Assembly (NCBI GenBank): GCA_016193045.1
Contig: JACPSW010000006.1
Coordinates: 1,116 to 65,115, forward strand
Length of the DNA: 64,000 nt
Direction of reading: 5' to 3'
Origin: Candidatus Rokuibacteriota bacterium
GTDB lineage: Bacteria; Methylomirabilota; Methylomirabilia; Rokubacteriales; CSP1-6
Part shown: piece by piece, positions 47,548-60,030 of the stretch
Layout of the letters: every line of letters begins with the position of its first letter
How positions within the stretch are numbered: position 1 is the stretch's first letter
Made by a program: the position numbers and the translations under genes
Notes under the pieces: model-generated
The model's database searches: none
What the model was told of the DNA's origin: nothing
Seen by the model: only the letters and a program-made list of their open reading frames with translations

Positions 47548-48610
47548 GGAGTTCAAGGCGACCATCCTGGTCGCCGACGACAACCCCGACAACGTGGCGC
47601 TCCTGCGCGAGGTGCTGGAGGCGGCAGACTACACGGTGGTGGTCGCCTACGACGGGGACGAAGCCCTCCTGAAGGTCGCCGAATCCAACCCCGACCTGAT
47701 CCTCCTCGACGTCATGATGCCGGGCAAGGACGGCTTCGAGGTCTGCCGCCGCCTCAAGAAGTGGGAGCAGACGCGCAACATCCCGGTGATGATGCTCACG
47801 GCGCTCCAGGAGGTGGCCGACAAGGTGCGAGGGATCGAGTCGGGCGCCGACGAGTTTCTCACCAAGCCCGTGGACACGGTGGAGCTCCAGACGCGGGTCA
47901 AGGCCCTCGTGAAGGCCAAGATCTACCACCAGCAAGTGATCGAGAAGAACGCGCTCCTGGAGAAGATCCTGAGCCGCTACCTGCCGGAAGAGGTGGTGGC
48001 AAAGATCCTGGAAGACTCGACCCTCCTGACGCTCGGCGGCGTGCGCGACTTCGTCACGGTTCTGTTCGTCGACCTCACGGGATTCACCACGTTCGCCGAC
48101 GCCGTCCCCCCCGAGCACGTCATGGAGACCCTGAACCAGGCCTTCTCACAGCTCACGAAGATCGTTGCCGACAACCACGGCACCTTCGACAAGTACCTCG
48201 GCGACGGCCTGATGGCCTTCTACGGCGCGCCCATTGCCTCCGACAACGACGCCCTGAACGCCGTCCGCACGGCGGTGAAGATGCAGGAGGCCTTCCAGGC
48301 GCTCAAGGACGAGTGGGGCGAGGGACCCCGCGCCCAGCTCGGCCTCGCCGTCGGGATCAACTCCGGGGAGGTCATCGTCGGCAACATGGGCTCGGAGCGG
48401 CTCATGAACTACACCGTGATCGGCGACGCCGTGAACGTCGCGGCCCGCCTCGAGGAGCGCGCGGGCCCGAGCCAGATCCTGATCGGCGAAACGACGCACA
48501 CCCTGGTGGAGGACCTGGTCGTCGCCAAGAAGTTCGGCGAGATCGAGCTTCGGGGCCGCTCCAAGCCCGTGGTCGCCTACGAGCTCGTGCGGCTGTTCAA
48601 CCCCGTCTAA
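47540..48610 (+). CDS. Response regulator fused to a class III adenylate/guanylate cyclase domain
   Basis: REC (ILVADDNPDN...LLDVMMPGKDG). Cyclase motifs FVDLTGFT...KYLGDGLMAFYGAP...GINSGEVIVGNMGS...NYTVIGDAVNVAARLE. Confidence 0.85.
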   Translation: MAEEFKATILVADDNPDNVALLREVLEAADYTVVVAYDGDEALLKVAESNPDLILLDVMMPGKDGFEVCRRLKKWEQTRNIPVMMLTALQEVADKVRGIESGADEFLTKPVDTVELQTRVKALVKAKIYHQQVIEKNALLEKILSRYLPEEVVAKILEDSTLLTLGGVRDFVTVLFVDLTGFTTFADAVPPEHVMETLNQAFSQLTKIVADNHGTFDKYLGDGLMAFYGAPIASDNDALNAVRTAVKMQEAFQALKDEWGEGPRAQLGLAVGINSGEVIVGNMGSERLMNYTVIGDAVNVAARLEERAGPSQILIGETTHTLVEDLVVAKKFGEIELRGRSKPVVAYELVRLFNPV

Positions 48611-48620
48611 TACCCGAGCC

Positions 48621-49600
48621 CTAGACCTCGTCGAGGGGGACGCGCCGGCCCAGGTGGGAGGAGCGCCGGGCCGCCTCCACCACCCTGAGGGCCTGGAGCC
48701 CCGCCTCGGCATCGACGGCCGGCCGTCGGCGTCCCGCGACGGCCTCCAGAAACTCCTCCAGCTCTCGACGCAGCGGCTCCGTCCCGGCCGCCTTTATCTC
48801 TTCCTGCTCTCCTTCCCGGGCCGTCCACCGCCCGCCGGCCTGCTGGTGCTCGTGGCCGAAGACCGTGACGACGGAGCGGCCGAAGTCGGCCACCAGGCTC
48901 CCGCGCTCGCCCACGATCAGGCAGTCGCGATGGGTGCCCGGGACGAAGTAGCCCGCTTCCACAAACGCCGGCACCTCCCCGTACTCCACGGCCACAAAGG
49001 CCAGATCGTCCAGGCCCCGGCCCAGATAATCCCGGAGCGTGGCCGTCACGGCGGTCGGCGGCCGGCCGAGCAGATGGGCGAACAGGTCGAAGAAGTGGGT
49101 GGCGTCGGTCTGGGTGACGCCCACGTCCGTGCGGGGGCGCTTGAAGCCGGCGAAGCGACCGGTCAGGTAGCGCACGGGGCCCACCCGGCCCTCCGCCAGG
49201 CAGCGCTGGAGCGCGTCGGTCACGGGGTGAAAGCGGAAGATATGACCGACCTGGAGAACCCGCCCGGTGGCATCCACGACCGCGACGAGCTGCCGCGCCT
49301 CTGCCACCGTCAGGGCGAGGGGCTTCTCCACGAAACAGCCCTTGCCGGCATTGAGGCAGTGACTGGCGATCGCTCGGTGCGTATCGGCCGGCGTGACGAT
49401 GTCCACCGCATCCACGCGCCCCAGCGCCCCCGTGAAGTCGGCGACGACGCGGGAGGGATCCACGCCGTTCGTGGCCGCCCAGGCACGCCGCTCGGGAGAC
49501 ACGTCCGCGACCCACACGGTCACCCCGAGCTCGGAGAGCACGCGGAGGTGCTTTTCCCCCCAGCGGCCCAGGCCGATCAGCAGGACGTTCAGGGGACGCC
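48621..49600 (-). CDS. Gfo/Idh/MocA-family NAD(P)-dependent oxidoreductase
   Basis: LNVLLIGLGRWGEKHLRVLSE Rossmann N-terminus plus C-terminal alpha/beta domain. Start approximate. Confidence 0.6.
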
Positions 49601-50353
49601 CCCCTCTCCCCCCTCGCCGCCCAGATCCTCGATCACCTGATAGCGGAGGTGGCGATCGGCCATCCAGCGCACCACGAGGAGATCCCGGAACGCGCTGAAG
49701 GCCCGGTTGGCGATCCCGTACTTGGATTCCCCGAAGCGCCGTGGCCGGTGGTTGACGGGCACCTCGAGTACGCGGAAGCCCCGCATCCGGAGGAGCGTGG
49801 GAATGAAGCGGTGGAACCCGCGGTAGAGCGTGAGCCCCCGGAGGCATTCGCGGCGGAAGGCCCGGAAGGTGCAGCCGCTGTCCTGGATCGAGTCGCCGCT
49901 GATCCTGTTCCGGACCCGGTTGGCGACGCGCGAGGAGACTTTGCGAACCCACGGGTCCTCCCGGCGCGTCCGCCAGCCCGTCACCGCATCCCACCGGTCG
50001 AGGTGGCTGAGCAGCGTCGGGATGTCGTGCGGGTCGTTCTGGAGGTCCGCATCCATCGTGACGACCCAGCCCCCCCGGGCCGCCTTGAACCCTGCGTCGG
50101 TGGCCGCTGACTCCCCCGAGTTGACCTTGAGCCGGACGAGCCTCACGCGGGGATCGCGCTCGTGGAATCCGCGGATCACCTCCGCGCTCCGGTCCCGGCT
50201 CCCATCGTCCACGAAGACGATCTCGTAGCGAAGGCCGGTTGGATCGAGGACTTCCCGGATCTCGGGCCAGAGGAGCGGCAGGTTGGCCTCCTCGTTGTAC
50301 ACGGGGACGACCAGGGAGAGATCGAGGTCGCCGGCCAGCCGGGTGTCAGACAC
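49589..50353 (-). CDS. Family 2 glycosyltransferase (polyprenyl-phosphate sugar transferase, ArnC/DPM1-like)
   Basis: SLVVPVYNEE...VFVDDGSRD...DADLQNDP. GTG start (VSDTRL). Confidence 0.8.
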   Translation of the reverse strand: MSDTRLAGDLDLSLVVPVYNEEANLPLLWPEIREVLDPTGLRYEIVFVDDGSRDRSAEVIRGFHERDPRVRLVRLKVNSGESAATDAGFKAARGGWVVTMDADLQNDPHDIPTLLSHLDRWDAVTGWRTRREDPWVRKVSSRVANRVRNRISGDSIQDSGCTFRAFRRECLRGLTLYRGFHRFIPTLLRMRGFRVLEVPVNHRPRRFGESKYGIANRAFSAFRDLLVVRWMADRHLRYQVIEDLGGEGGEGGVP

Positions 50354-50358
50354 CGGTG

Positions 50359-50967
50359 TCAGATACCGGGAGGATCGAACCGGGGCGGGCGAGGCCGCGT
50401 GCCCTTCCACTCCTCCGTGAGCCGGTGCGGGAGCCGGAGGTGGTCCAGCGCGCGGGCCAGGGTGTGGGCAACGAGGTCCTCGATCTGCTTTGGCCGGGTG
50501 TAGAAGGCGGGCATGGGCGGGAGCACCACCGCCCCCAGCTCGGCCAGCGCCAGGAGGCACCGGAGGTGGCCGGCGTGCAGCGGCGTCTCCCGGACCAGCA
50601 GGATCAGCGGGCGGCGCTCCTTCAGGGTGACGTCTGCGGCCCGGGAGAGGAGGGTGTCCGTATGGCAGTGAGCCACGGCGGACGCCGTCTTGATGCTGCA
50701 CGGGGCAATCACCATGCCGTCGGTGCGGAAGGAGCCCGAGGCCAGGGCGGCGCCGATGTCCTTGTCGTCGTAGGGCCGGTGTGCCAGCGCCTCGACCTCG
50801 GCGACGCTGTACTCGGTCTCCTCGACGATGGTCCGCTTGCCCGGGCCCGAGATCACCAGATGCGACTCGACCTCGGGAACCCCGCGGAGCAACTCGAGGA
50901 GCCGGATGCCGTAGATCGCCCCGGTGGCCCCCGTGATGCCCACGACAATCCGCCTGGCGTCCGTCAT
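50359..50967 (-). CDS. ubiX: Flavin prenyltransferase UbiX
   Basis: RIVVGITGATGAIYGIRLLELL...MVIAPCSIKT. Confidence 0.9.
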   Translation of the reverse strand: MTDARRIVVGITGATGAIYGIRLLELLRGVPEVESHLVISGPGKRTIVEETEYSVAEVEALAHRPYDDKDIGAALASGSFRTDGMVIAPCSIKTASAVAHCHTDTLLSRAADVTLKERRPLILLVRETPLHAGHLRCLLALAELGAVVLPPMPAFYTRPKQIEDLVAHTLARALDHLRLPHRLTEEWKGTRPRPPRFDPPGI

Positions 50968-50983
50968 GGTCGTGCCCGCGGGG

Positions 50984-51274
50984 CTAGAGGCGAAAGCGCT
51001 TCCGGAACACTTCGTCGCGCGTCTTGTTGTACAGCACCTCCCACTCGCGGCTGCCCTCGGGGGCGGGGCGCGAGTAGGAGGAGAGAGTCCGGCGGACCTC
51101 CTGGTCGATGGACTCTTCCAGCTTGGCCTCGTCGGTGAGGGTCCGGACCACCTCGCTCCGCACGTCTTTCCGGACCTCCTCGTCGCCGTCTTTGACCACC
51201 ACGCCCTCGGTGGCCCGGAGCTCGGCGACGATCCGGTCGGCCAGGTAGAAGATGCGCTCCCGGCTCAGGCGCAT
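50984..51274 (-). CDS. DUF507-family protein
   Basis: MRLSRERIFYLADRIVAELRATEGV... paired with a paralog immediately upstream. Confidence 0.55.
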   Translation of the reverse strand: MRLSRERIFYLADRIVAELRATEGVVVKDGDEEVRKDVRSEVVRTLTDEAKLEESIDQEVRRTLSSYSRPAPEGSREWEVLYNKTRDEVFRKRFRL

Positions 51275-51552
51275 CAGAGGATGAACCCCCGCTCCCGGGC
51301 GAGCTTGCCCTTGAGCATCGCCAGGAGCCGGGCGTAATCGACCGCGGCGTCCCGGATCTCCCGGGTGTGCTCCATCAGGATCTGCCGGGCCTCGGCGTCC
51401 AGCCGCTCCTCGGCCTGGAGGTTCTCCAGCAGCACTTTGCGGACGGCGCCCCGGGCCGCGGCTTCATTCTTGGTCTCCATGAGCTTTTTCACCACCAGCC
51501 GTTTCACCACGGCATCGGCCATCCGCTCAGCCATCGCGTCGCGTCTCGGCAT
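51274..51552 (-). CDS. DUF507-family protein (paralog)
   Basis: AERMADAVVKRLVVKKLMETKNEAAARGAV... Confidence 0.55.
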   Translation of the reverse strand: MPRRDAMAERMADAVVKRLVVKKLMETKNEAAARGAVRKVLLENLQAEERLDAEARQILMEHTREIRDAAVDYARLLAMLKGKLARERGFIL

Positions 51553-51636
51553 CTCGCTGGTTCAACACCGGGGTCCAGTCCGCCCACAGACTACACGGGC
51601 GCCCTTCGAAGTGTCAAGGCAAAGGCCGCGAGAAAT

Positions 51637-53148
51637 TTACGCAATCGGGAGACTCACGACGAAGCGGCTGCCCACGCCCGGCTCGCTCTCCACCCGGATG
51701 CGCCCGCCCTGAGCCTCCACGAGGGATTTGACCAGGGCGAGCCCCAGCCCGAGCCCCCCCACCGCGGCCGTGTCCGGATGGGGCACACGGCAGTACCGCT
51801 CGAAGATCCCGGGAAGGGCCGCCGCGGGGATCCCGACCCCGCGATCCTCCACGCCGAGCTCGACCGAGCCCGACTCTTCGGCCACGCGCGCCCAGACCCG
51901 GATCGGACCGCCCGCCGGGGAATACTTGATGGCGTTGGCGAGCAGGTTCTTCAGCACGCGGTCCAGCGCGTCGTGATCGGCCAGGACCGGCGGAAGCGCC
52001 GGGGGGAGGTCCCGCTCGATCGTGTGGGTGGCGCTCTGGGACTGGAACAGGTGCGCGTTGGCGTCCACCAGCGGGCCCAGAGCCAGGGGCACCGGCCCGA
52101 GGGCGCGCTCCCGCCCGCTCTCGATCCGCGCGAGGTCGAGCAGGTCGGCGACGATCCGCCCCAGCCGCTCGGCCTCCCGGTGGATCGCCTCCAGACAGCG
52201 GCGCGCCCCCTCCGCCGCCGGCGGCCGGGTCAGGAGCAGCTCGCTGAATCCCTGGATCGAGGTCAGGGGCGTTCTGAGCTCGTGGGACACGATGGAGACG
52301 AAGTCGGATTTCGCGCGATCGAGCTCCCTAAGCCGCCGCGTCGCGGCCGCGACCTTTTCCTCCAGCTCGTCGGCGAACCGGCGCTGGCGTTCCGCGAGGG
52401 CGGCATTGTCGATCCCCAGGGCCAGCGCGAGGGCCAGCGTCTGGACCGTCGCGCGCAGCTCGCGGGGGAATTCACCGCGGCGCTGGATCGCCAGCACCCC
52501 GACGCGTCCCGCCCGGGCGTCGAGCGGCACCAGCAGGGCGCGGCGGGGCGGCCCCGCGCCGGGCCAGGGCGCGCCGAACCGCCGGTCGCTCTCCAGATCG
52601 CTCACGAAGAGGCTCCCCCCCGCCCTCATCACCCACGCCGCCGCCGAATCGTCCGCGAGGGCGCCCTCCGCCCCGCGCGCCGTCACGGGCGGCTCCGCGC
52701 CCCCTGCCAGGACGATTGCGACGCCCTCGGCTTCCAGGGCCGTTTGAAGCTGTCGGACCACCTCCTCGAGGAGATCTCGGAGTCCCCCGCCGCCGGTCAG
52801 CGCGCCCTGCAGGGACAGGAGCAATTGAACCCGGGCCGCCCGGGTCCACGCCCGGCGGGCCAGGGCCCCCGTCACGCTGCCCACGAAGAGGAACAGGGCG
52901 AGGCTGATCAAGCCCTCGACAGCTTCCGCGGTGAGGCCGTCTCGCTCGATCGCGGGCAGGACGAACGGCGCGTAGAGAAGCGCGGCCAGAAGCCCCCCGC
53001 CCCCGCCGCCGAGCCCGCCGAAGCGGAGCGCCGCCCAGAGCGTCGGCACGAGGTAGAGGTGGCGGAACCCCGACGCCGGACCGGCGCCCATCCAGACGAG
53101 GGTCGCCGTGACGGCGCCGAAGCCGAGGAGGATCCCGGGTGGACTCAC
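51637..53148 (-). CDS. Sensor histidine kinase with membrane DUF4118-like N-domain, GAF, HisKA, HATPase_c
   Basis: H-box VSHELRTPLTSIQGF. ATPase GGLGLGLALVKSLVEAQGG. The N-terminal 175 codons of the ORF are antisense to the CPBP gene and not coding. Confidence 0.8.
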   Translation of the reverse strand: MSPPGILLGFGAVTATLVWMGAGPASGFRHLYLVPTLWAALRFGGLGGGGGGLLAALLYAPFVLPAIERDGLTAEAVEGLISLALFLFVGSVTGALARRAWTRAARVQLLLSLQGALTGGGGLRDLLEEVVRQLQTALEAEGVAIVLAGGAEPPVTARGAEGALADDSAAAWVMRAGGSLFVSDLESDRRFGAPWPGAGPPRRALLVPLDARAGRVGVLAIQRRGEFPRELRATVQTLALALALGIDNAALAERQRRFADELEEKVAAATRRLRELDRAKSDFVSIVSHELRTPLTSIQGFSELLLTRPPAAEGARRCLEAIHREAERLGRIVADLLDLARIESGRERALGPVPLALGPLVDANAHLFQSQSATHTIERDLPPALPPVLADHDALDRVLKNLLANAIKYSPAGGPIRVWARVAEESGSVELGVEDRGVGIPAAALPGIFERYCRVPHPDTAAVGGLGLGLALVKSLVEAQGGRIRVESEPGVGSRFVVSLPIA

Positions 53149-53972
53149 CGCACCTCGAGCGTCCGGTACGCCCCGAAGAACGCGAGCGCGGCGGCCAGGG
53201 ACGGCAGGAGGCTCCCCGAATACCAGAGCAGCGCGCAGCCCGAGAGCGACAGGAGCGCGAGGTAAAAGACCGCTCCGACCGTCAACTCCACCACGCCCGG
53301 CAGGGCGGGATCCCCGAGATACCGGAGGATCGAGAGTCCGGTCGCCGCCAGGGCGCCCGGCCAGAAGCCCCACCGCCGCTGCCAGCGATTGAACAGCGTC
53401 CCACGGAAGAAGCACTCCGCCGACAGGACGTTGGCGCCGACGTCGTAGAGTAGGGCGCTCAGGTACCCGGCCGGCGGGCCCAGGCGGAGCGGGTAGCCCA
53501 ATGTCCGCGAGGCCGACAGGAGCAGATGAGCGCCGAGAAACCCTCCCACGGCCACGCCGAGGCCGAGGGCCGCCCAGGGAGTGCCGGCCACAAGCCCCAT
53601 GCGGCGGCACTCGCCGCAGCGGAGCGCCACCGACGCCAGCACGATCGGCGGCAGGACGTAGCCGAGACATCCCCACGGCATCGCGGCGCAGGCCCCCGCG
53701 GCGACCAGCAGGGAGAGCGCCAGCCCGGCGGCCGCAGGGCCCCAGCCCGGCGCGCCCTCCCAGGCGGCCGCCAGCGAGGCCGCCAAGAGCCCGCCGTGGA
53801 AACTGCCGACGCCGACGATCCTCATGACCTCGAGGGACAGCACGCCGGCATGGCCCGCGGCCACCGCGAGCAGGCCGATCCCCCCGAACGGCGCCAGAAT
53901 CCCCAGCCGGAATGGAACGAGCGGCCCGTGGGCCGGCCGCTCCGCGTCAAAGGGGCGCGTCAGGACATCCAT
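53145..53972 (-). CDS. CPBP-family (CAAX/Abi, PF02517-like) intramembrane protease
   Basis: Polytopic membrane protein with an EE-x3-R-like motif ([14 protein letters not shown]) and downstream conserved helices. Confidence 0.55.
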   Translation of the reverse strand: MDVLTRPFDAERPAHGPLVPFRLGILAPFGGIGLLAVAAGHAGVLSLEVMRIVGVGSFHGGLLAASLAAAWEGAPGWGPAAAGLALSLLVAAGACAAMPWGCLGYVLPPIVLASVALRCGECRRMGLVAGTPWAALGLGVAVGGFLGAHLLLSASRTLGYPLRLGPPAGYLSALLYDVGANVLSAECFFRGTLFNRWQRRWGFWPGALAATGLSILRYLGDPALPGVVELTVGAVFYLALLSLSGCALLWYSGSLLPSLAAALAFFGAYRTLEVR

Positions 53973-54662
53973 CGGTCGCGAGCCGGAGGAAGACGGAGAC
54001 GATTCCGGCGTCGAGCAGCCGCTCGGCCGCGGCTTCGATCCAGTGGAGCGCCTCCCCCCGCTGGAGGCTCCGGCGATACGGACGCTCCGACGTCAGGGCA
54101 TCGTAGACATCGGCCACCGCGACGATGCGGGCGCCCAGCGGGATGGCTCCGCCCGCGAGGCCGGCCGGGTAGCCGCTGCCGTCCTGCCGCTCATGGTGAT
54201 GGCGGATGATCAGCGGTGATGGCGGATGATCAGCGCGCCGTCCGCGAAGAACTCCAGCGGGGCCACGATCCGCGCCCCCACGACGGGGTGTTCGCGCATC
54301 AGCGCCCACTCTTCCCCGGTCAGGGGACCGGGCTTGCGCAAGACCGACTCGGGAATCCCGATCTTCCCCAGGTCGTGGAGGAGCCCGGCCTGGGCGACGA
54401 TCCGCGCCTCGATCGGGGAGAAGCCGAGGCGGCGGGCCAGCCGCTGGGCCAGGGCCGCGACGCGCTCGGAGTGGCCACGCGTGTACGGATCTTTCGCCTC
54501 CAGGGCGTTGGCCAGTCCCTGCAGGCTCTGGAGGAACGCCCGCTGGAGCCGGTCGTGAATGCTCTTGAGGTCGCACGCGTAGCGGAGGGACTGCTGGTAG
54601 GCCGCCCGGAGGCGCGCGTAGGCGAGCCGGAGATCCTCGGCGGTGGCTACCGCTCCGGCCAC
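53947..54662 (-). pseudogene. HD-GYP phosphodiesterase, disrupted by a perfect 20-bp tandem duplication (54195..54234)
   Basis: N-terminal part ...[20 protein letters not shown]...LIIRHHR(stop). C-terminal part in another frame [19 protein letters not shown].... The junction lies exactly at GGTGATGGCGGATGATCAGC x2. Confidence 0.75.
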
Positions 54663-55108
54663 AGCGGGACCTCGGGAAGGAGGGACGACACGAGGGTGAG
54701 GAGCCGGAGGGGAGAAAACGGCTTGGTCAGGTAGAGATCGGCCCCGGCGGCGCGCCCCCGGGCCAGGTCCTGCGCCTGGCCGGCGGCGGTGAGCATGACG
54801 ATCCTCGTTTTCTCGAGCCCCGCCTCCAGCCTGAGCCGCCGGCAGACCTCGAAGCCGTTCAGGCGCGGCAGCTGGACGTCGAGAAAAATGAGGTCGGGCC
54901 GCTCGGCGAACGCCACCGCCAGCGCCTCCAGCCCGTCGCCCGCCTCGAGCACGCGCACGTGCTCGTCCTCCAGCGTGAAGCGCACCAGCTCCACGATCGG
55001 CGGCTCGTCGTCCACGATGAGCACGGTGGCCACGGCCCGGACAGGGGGCAATCGCCGTGCCAGGAAGAGACGCTCACGGTGACGGAGAGATGGCTGGCGG
55101 CGCCACAC
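54647..55108 (-). CDS. Response regulator receiver protein (partner of, or originally fused to, the HD-GYP domain as in RpfG)
   Basis: [12 protein letters not shown]...[13 protein letters not shown]...YLTKPF. 16-nt out-of-frame overlap with the HD-GYP ORF. Confidence 0.8.
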   Translation of the reverse strand: MWRRQPSLRHRERLFLARRLPPVRAVATVLIVDDEPPIVELVRFTLEDEHVRVLEAGDGLEALAVAFAERPDLIFLDVQLPRLNGFEVCRRLRLEAGLEKTRIVMLTAAGQAQDLARGRAAGADLYLTKPFSPLRLLTLVSSLLPEVPLWPER

Positions 55109-55212
55109 GAAGGTGCCCGCCGGGCTGTGCAGCGGCGGGGCGGGACCGCCCCGCGGAGTGTGCAGATCGCAATCGTCGGGGGTCTCGACAGCCCCCGCGC
55201 CAGAACGAGCCG

Positions 55213-55632
55213 CTAGTGGGAGGGGCCCCGGCCGGCCACCTGCAGGCGAGCGAGCGCCCGGGAGAACGCCGCCAGGGCGCGCGTGTAGTCGATCTCTTCC
55301 GGGGTCTTGCCCTGGAGGCGGCGCTCCGCGCGCTGGCGCGCCCGCTCGGCCCGCTCCCGATCGATCTCCTCCGGCCGCTCGGCGTGCTCGGCGAGGATGG
55401 TGACGCGGTCCCCCTGCACCTCGGCGAACCCGCCACTCACGGCCAGGTACCGCTCGGCGCGGCCGATCCGGTAGGCGACCTCCCCGCTCTGGAGCGAGGT
55501 CAGGAAGGGCACGTGCCCCGGCAGGACGCCGAAGTAGCCCTGGAAGCCCGGCGCCACCACTTCTTCGACGTCCTCGGCGACGACGAGGCGGCTCGGGGTC
55601 GCCAGCTCGAAGCGAACGCGGGACTCGGCCAC
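55213..55632 (-). CDS. atpC: F1 ATP synthase epsilon subunit
   Basis: FELATPSRLVVAEDVEEVVAPGFQGYFGVLPGHVPF. Confidence 0.9.
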   Translation of the reverse strand: MAESRVRFELATPSRLVVAEDVEEVVAPGFQGYFGVLPGHVPFLTSLQSGEVAYRIGRAERYLAVSGGFAEVQGDRVTILAEHAERPEEIDRERAERARQRAERRLQGKTPEEIDYTRALAAFSRALARLQVAGRGPSH

Positions 55633-55637
55633 CGGGG

Positions 55638-57942
<2,305 letters not shown>

Positions 57943-57954
57943 GCCCCGTGGCAG

Positions 57955-59481
57955 TTACGCGGTCTTGATGCCCTTGGCCTGGATAAACTCCGCCTTGGCC
58001 TCGCCGATCGCCGTATCCAGGGTCTGCCTGAGGGCCTCCGAAAGCTCGCGCTTCTCCCGGATCTCGTCATAGACCCGCTTGTACCGCCGCTCCATGAAGG
58101 GGGAGAGGAACTCCTCGAAGGGGCGGATCGTCTCGATGGGCAGATCGTCCAGGAGCCCCTGGGTCCCCGCGTAGATGATGACCACCTGCTTTTCGACCGG
58201 GACCGGCCCGAACTGCCCCTGCTTCAGGATCTCCACCATCCGCTGGCCACGCGCCAGCTGGGACTGGGTGGCCTTGTCCAGCTCCGAACCGAACTGGGCG
58301 AAGGCCGCGAGCTCGCGGAACTGCGCGAGGTCCAGCCGCAGCTTGCCTGCCACCTGGCGCATCGCCTTGATCTGGGCGCTACCGCCGACCCGCGACACCG
58401 AGAGGCCCACGTTGACGGCTGGACGCACGCCGGCGAAGAAGAGGTCGTTCTCCAGATAGATCTGGCCATCGGTGATGGAGATGACGTTCGTGGGAATGTA
58501 CGCCGAGACGTCGCCCAGCTGAGTTTCAATGATGGGGAGCGCCGTGAGCGAGCCGCCCCCCAGGTCGTCGTTGAGCTTTGCCGCCCGCTCCAGGAGGCGC
58601 GAGTGGAGGTAGAACACGTCGCCGGGGTATGCCTCGCGCCCGGGCGGCCGCCGGAGCAGCAGCGAGAGCTGCCGGTAGGCCTGCGCGTGCTTTGAGAGAT
58701 CGTCGTAGATGCAGAGGGCGTGGCGGCCGGAGTCGCGGAAGTACTCACCCATGGCGCAGCCGGCGTAGGGGGCGATGTACTGGAGCGGCGCCGGCTCCGA
58801 GGCCGAGGCGGTGACGACCGTCGTGTAGGCCATGGCCCCGGACTCCTCCAGGACCTTGACCACCTGGGCCACCGTGGAGCGCTTCTGCCCGATCGCCACG
58901 TAGAAGCAGTGCACCCCCTGCCCTGCCTGGTTGATGATCGCGTCCACGCCGATCGCGGTCTTGCCGGTCTGGCGGTCGCCGATGATGAGCTCGCGCTGGC
59001 CCCGACCGATGGGGATCATGGAGTCGATGGCCTTGAGGCCGGTCTGGAGCGGCTCCTTCACGGGGCGCCGGTCCACCACGCCCGGCGCGTAGCGCTCGAT
59101 GGGCCGGAACTCCTTGGCGTCCATCGGGCCCTTGCCGTCCACCGGCTGGCCGAGGGCGTTCACCACCCGCCCCACGAGGGCCTCGCCCACCGGCACCTGG
59201 GAGATGCGCTTGGTGCGCGCGACCTGATCGCCCTCCTTGATCAGCGTGTCCTCGCCGAGGAGGACGGCGCCCACGTTGTCCTCCTCCAGGTTCATCACCA
59301 TGCCGTACACGCCGCCGGGGAACTCGAGCAGCTCGCCCGCCATCGCGTTCTCGAGGCCATAGACGCGGGCGATGCCGTCGCCCACCTCGATGACGCGCCC
59401 GACCTCTTTCAGGTCCACCTCCGGCTCGTAGCCCTGGAGCTGGCGCTTGATGATCTCGCTGATCTCGTCGGCCTTGATCAT
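57955..59481 (-). CDS. atpA: F1 ATP synthase alpha subunit
   Basis: [18 protein letters not shown]. Confidence 0.95.
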   Translation of the reverse strand: MIKADEISEIIKRQLQGYEPEVDLKEVGRVIEVGDGIARVYGLENAMAGELLEFPGGVYGMVMNLEEDNVGAVLLGEDTLIKEGDQVARTKRISQVPVGEALVGRVVNALGQPVDGKGPMDAKEFRPIERYAPGVVDRRPVKEPLQTGLKAIDSMIPIGRGQRELIIGDRQTGKTAIGVDAIINQAGQGVHCFYVAIGQKRSTVAQVVKVLEESGAMAYTTVVTASASEPAPLQYIAPYAGCAMGEYFRDSGRHALCIYDDLSKHAQAYRQLSLLLRRPPGREAYPGDVFYLHSRLLERAAKLNDDLGGGSLTALPIIETQLGDVSAYIPTNVISITDGQIYLENDLFFAGVRPAVNVGLSVSRVGGSAQIKAMRQVAGKLRLDLAQFRELAAFAQFGSELDKATQSQLARGQRMVEILKQGQFGPVPVEKQVVIIYAGTQGLLDDLPIETIRPFEEFLSPFMERRYKRVYDEIREKRELSEALRQTLDTAIGEAKAEFIQAKGIKTA

Positions 59482-59484
59482 CCC

Positions 59485-60030
59485 CTATCCCTTCACGAGG
59501 CGCTCGCGCATCCGCGCGAGCTGCCCGTCCAGGCTGCCGTCCACCACGAGGCTCCCGAGCTGGGCCACGAACCCCCCGAGCAGGCTCGCGTCCACCCGGG
59601 CCTCGACGATAACCTCTTTGCCTGCCATCCGCGCCAGGCGCGTGGCCAGCCGCGCGCGGTCCGCGTCGCCGAGCGCCACCGCGCTCCGGACCTGGGCGCG
59701 CACCCGTCCGCGCTCGGCATCGAGCAGCTTCCCGTACGCCTCGAGGATCGCCACCAGATGGTCCGTGCGCCCCCGCTGCGCCACCAGTCCCGTGAAGTCC
59801 CGGACCAGCGCGGAACAGCCCAGATGCTCGGCGACCCGCATCGCGACGGACCGCTTCATCGCGCCCCTGATCCAGGGGCGGCTCAAAAATTCCCGGAGCC
59901 GGCGCTCGGCGGCCAGGGCCTGCACGACCTTGACCAGCTCCTCGCCCACCGGATCGAGCCGCCCGGCCTCTCGCGCCACGCCGAAGAGGGCCTTGGCATA
60001 GCGCCGGGCCGTAGCCTCCTGCTGCCTCAT
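59485..60030 (-). CDS. atpH: F1 ATP synthase delta (OSCP) subunit
   Basis: ARRYAKALFGVAREAG. Confidence 0.85.
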   Translation of the reverse strand: MRQQEATARRYAKALFGVAREAGRLDPVGEELVKVVQALAAERRLREFLSRPWIRGAMKRSVAMRVAEHLGCSALVRDFTGLVAQRGRTDHLVAILEAYGKLLDAERGRVRAQVRSAVALGDADRARLATRLARMAGKEVIVEARVDASLLGGFVAQLGSLVVDGSLDGQLARMRERLVKG

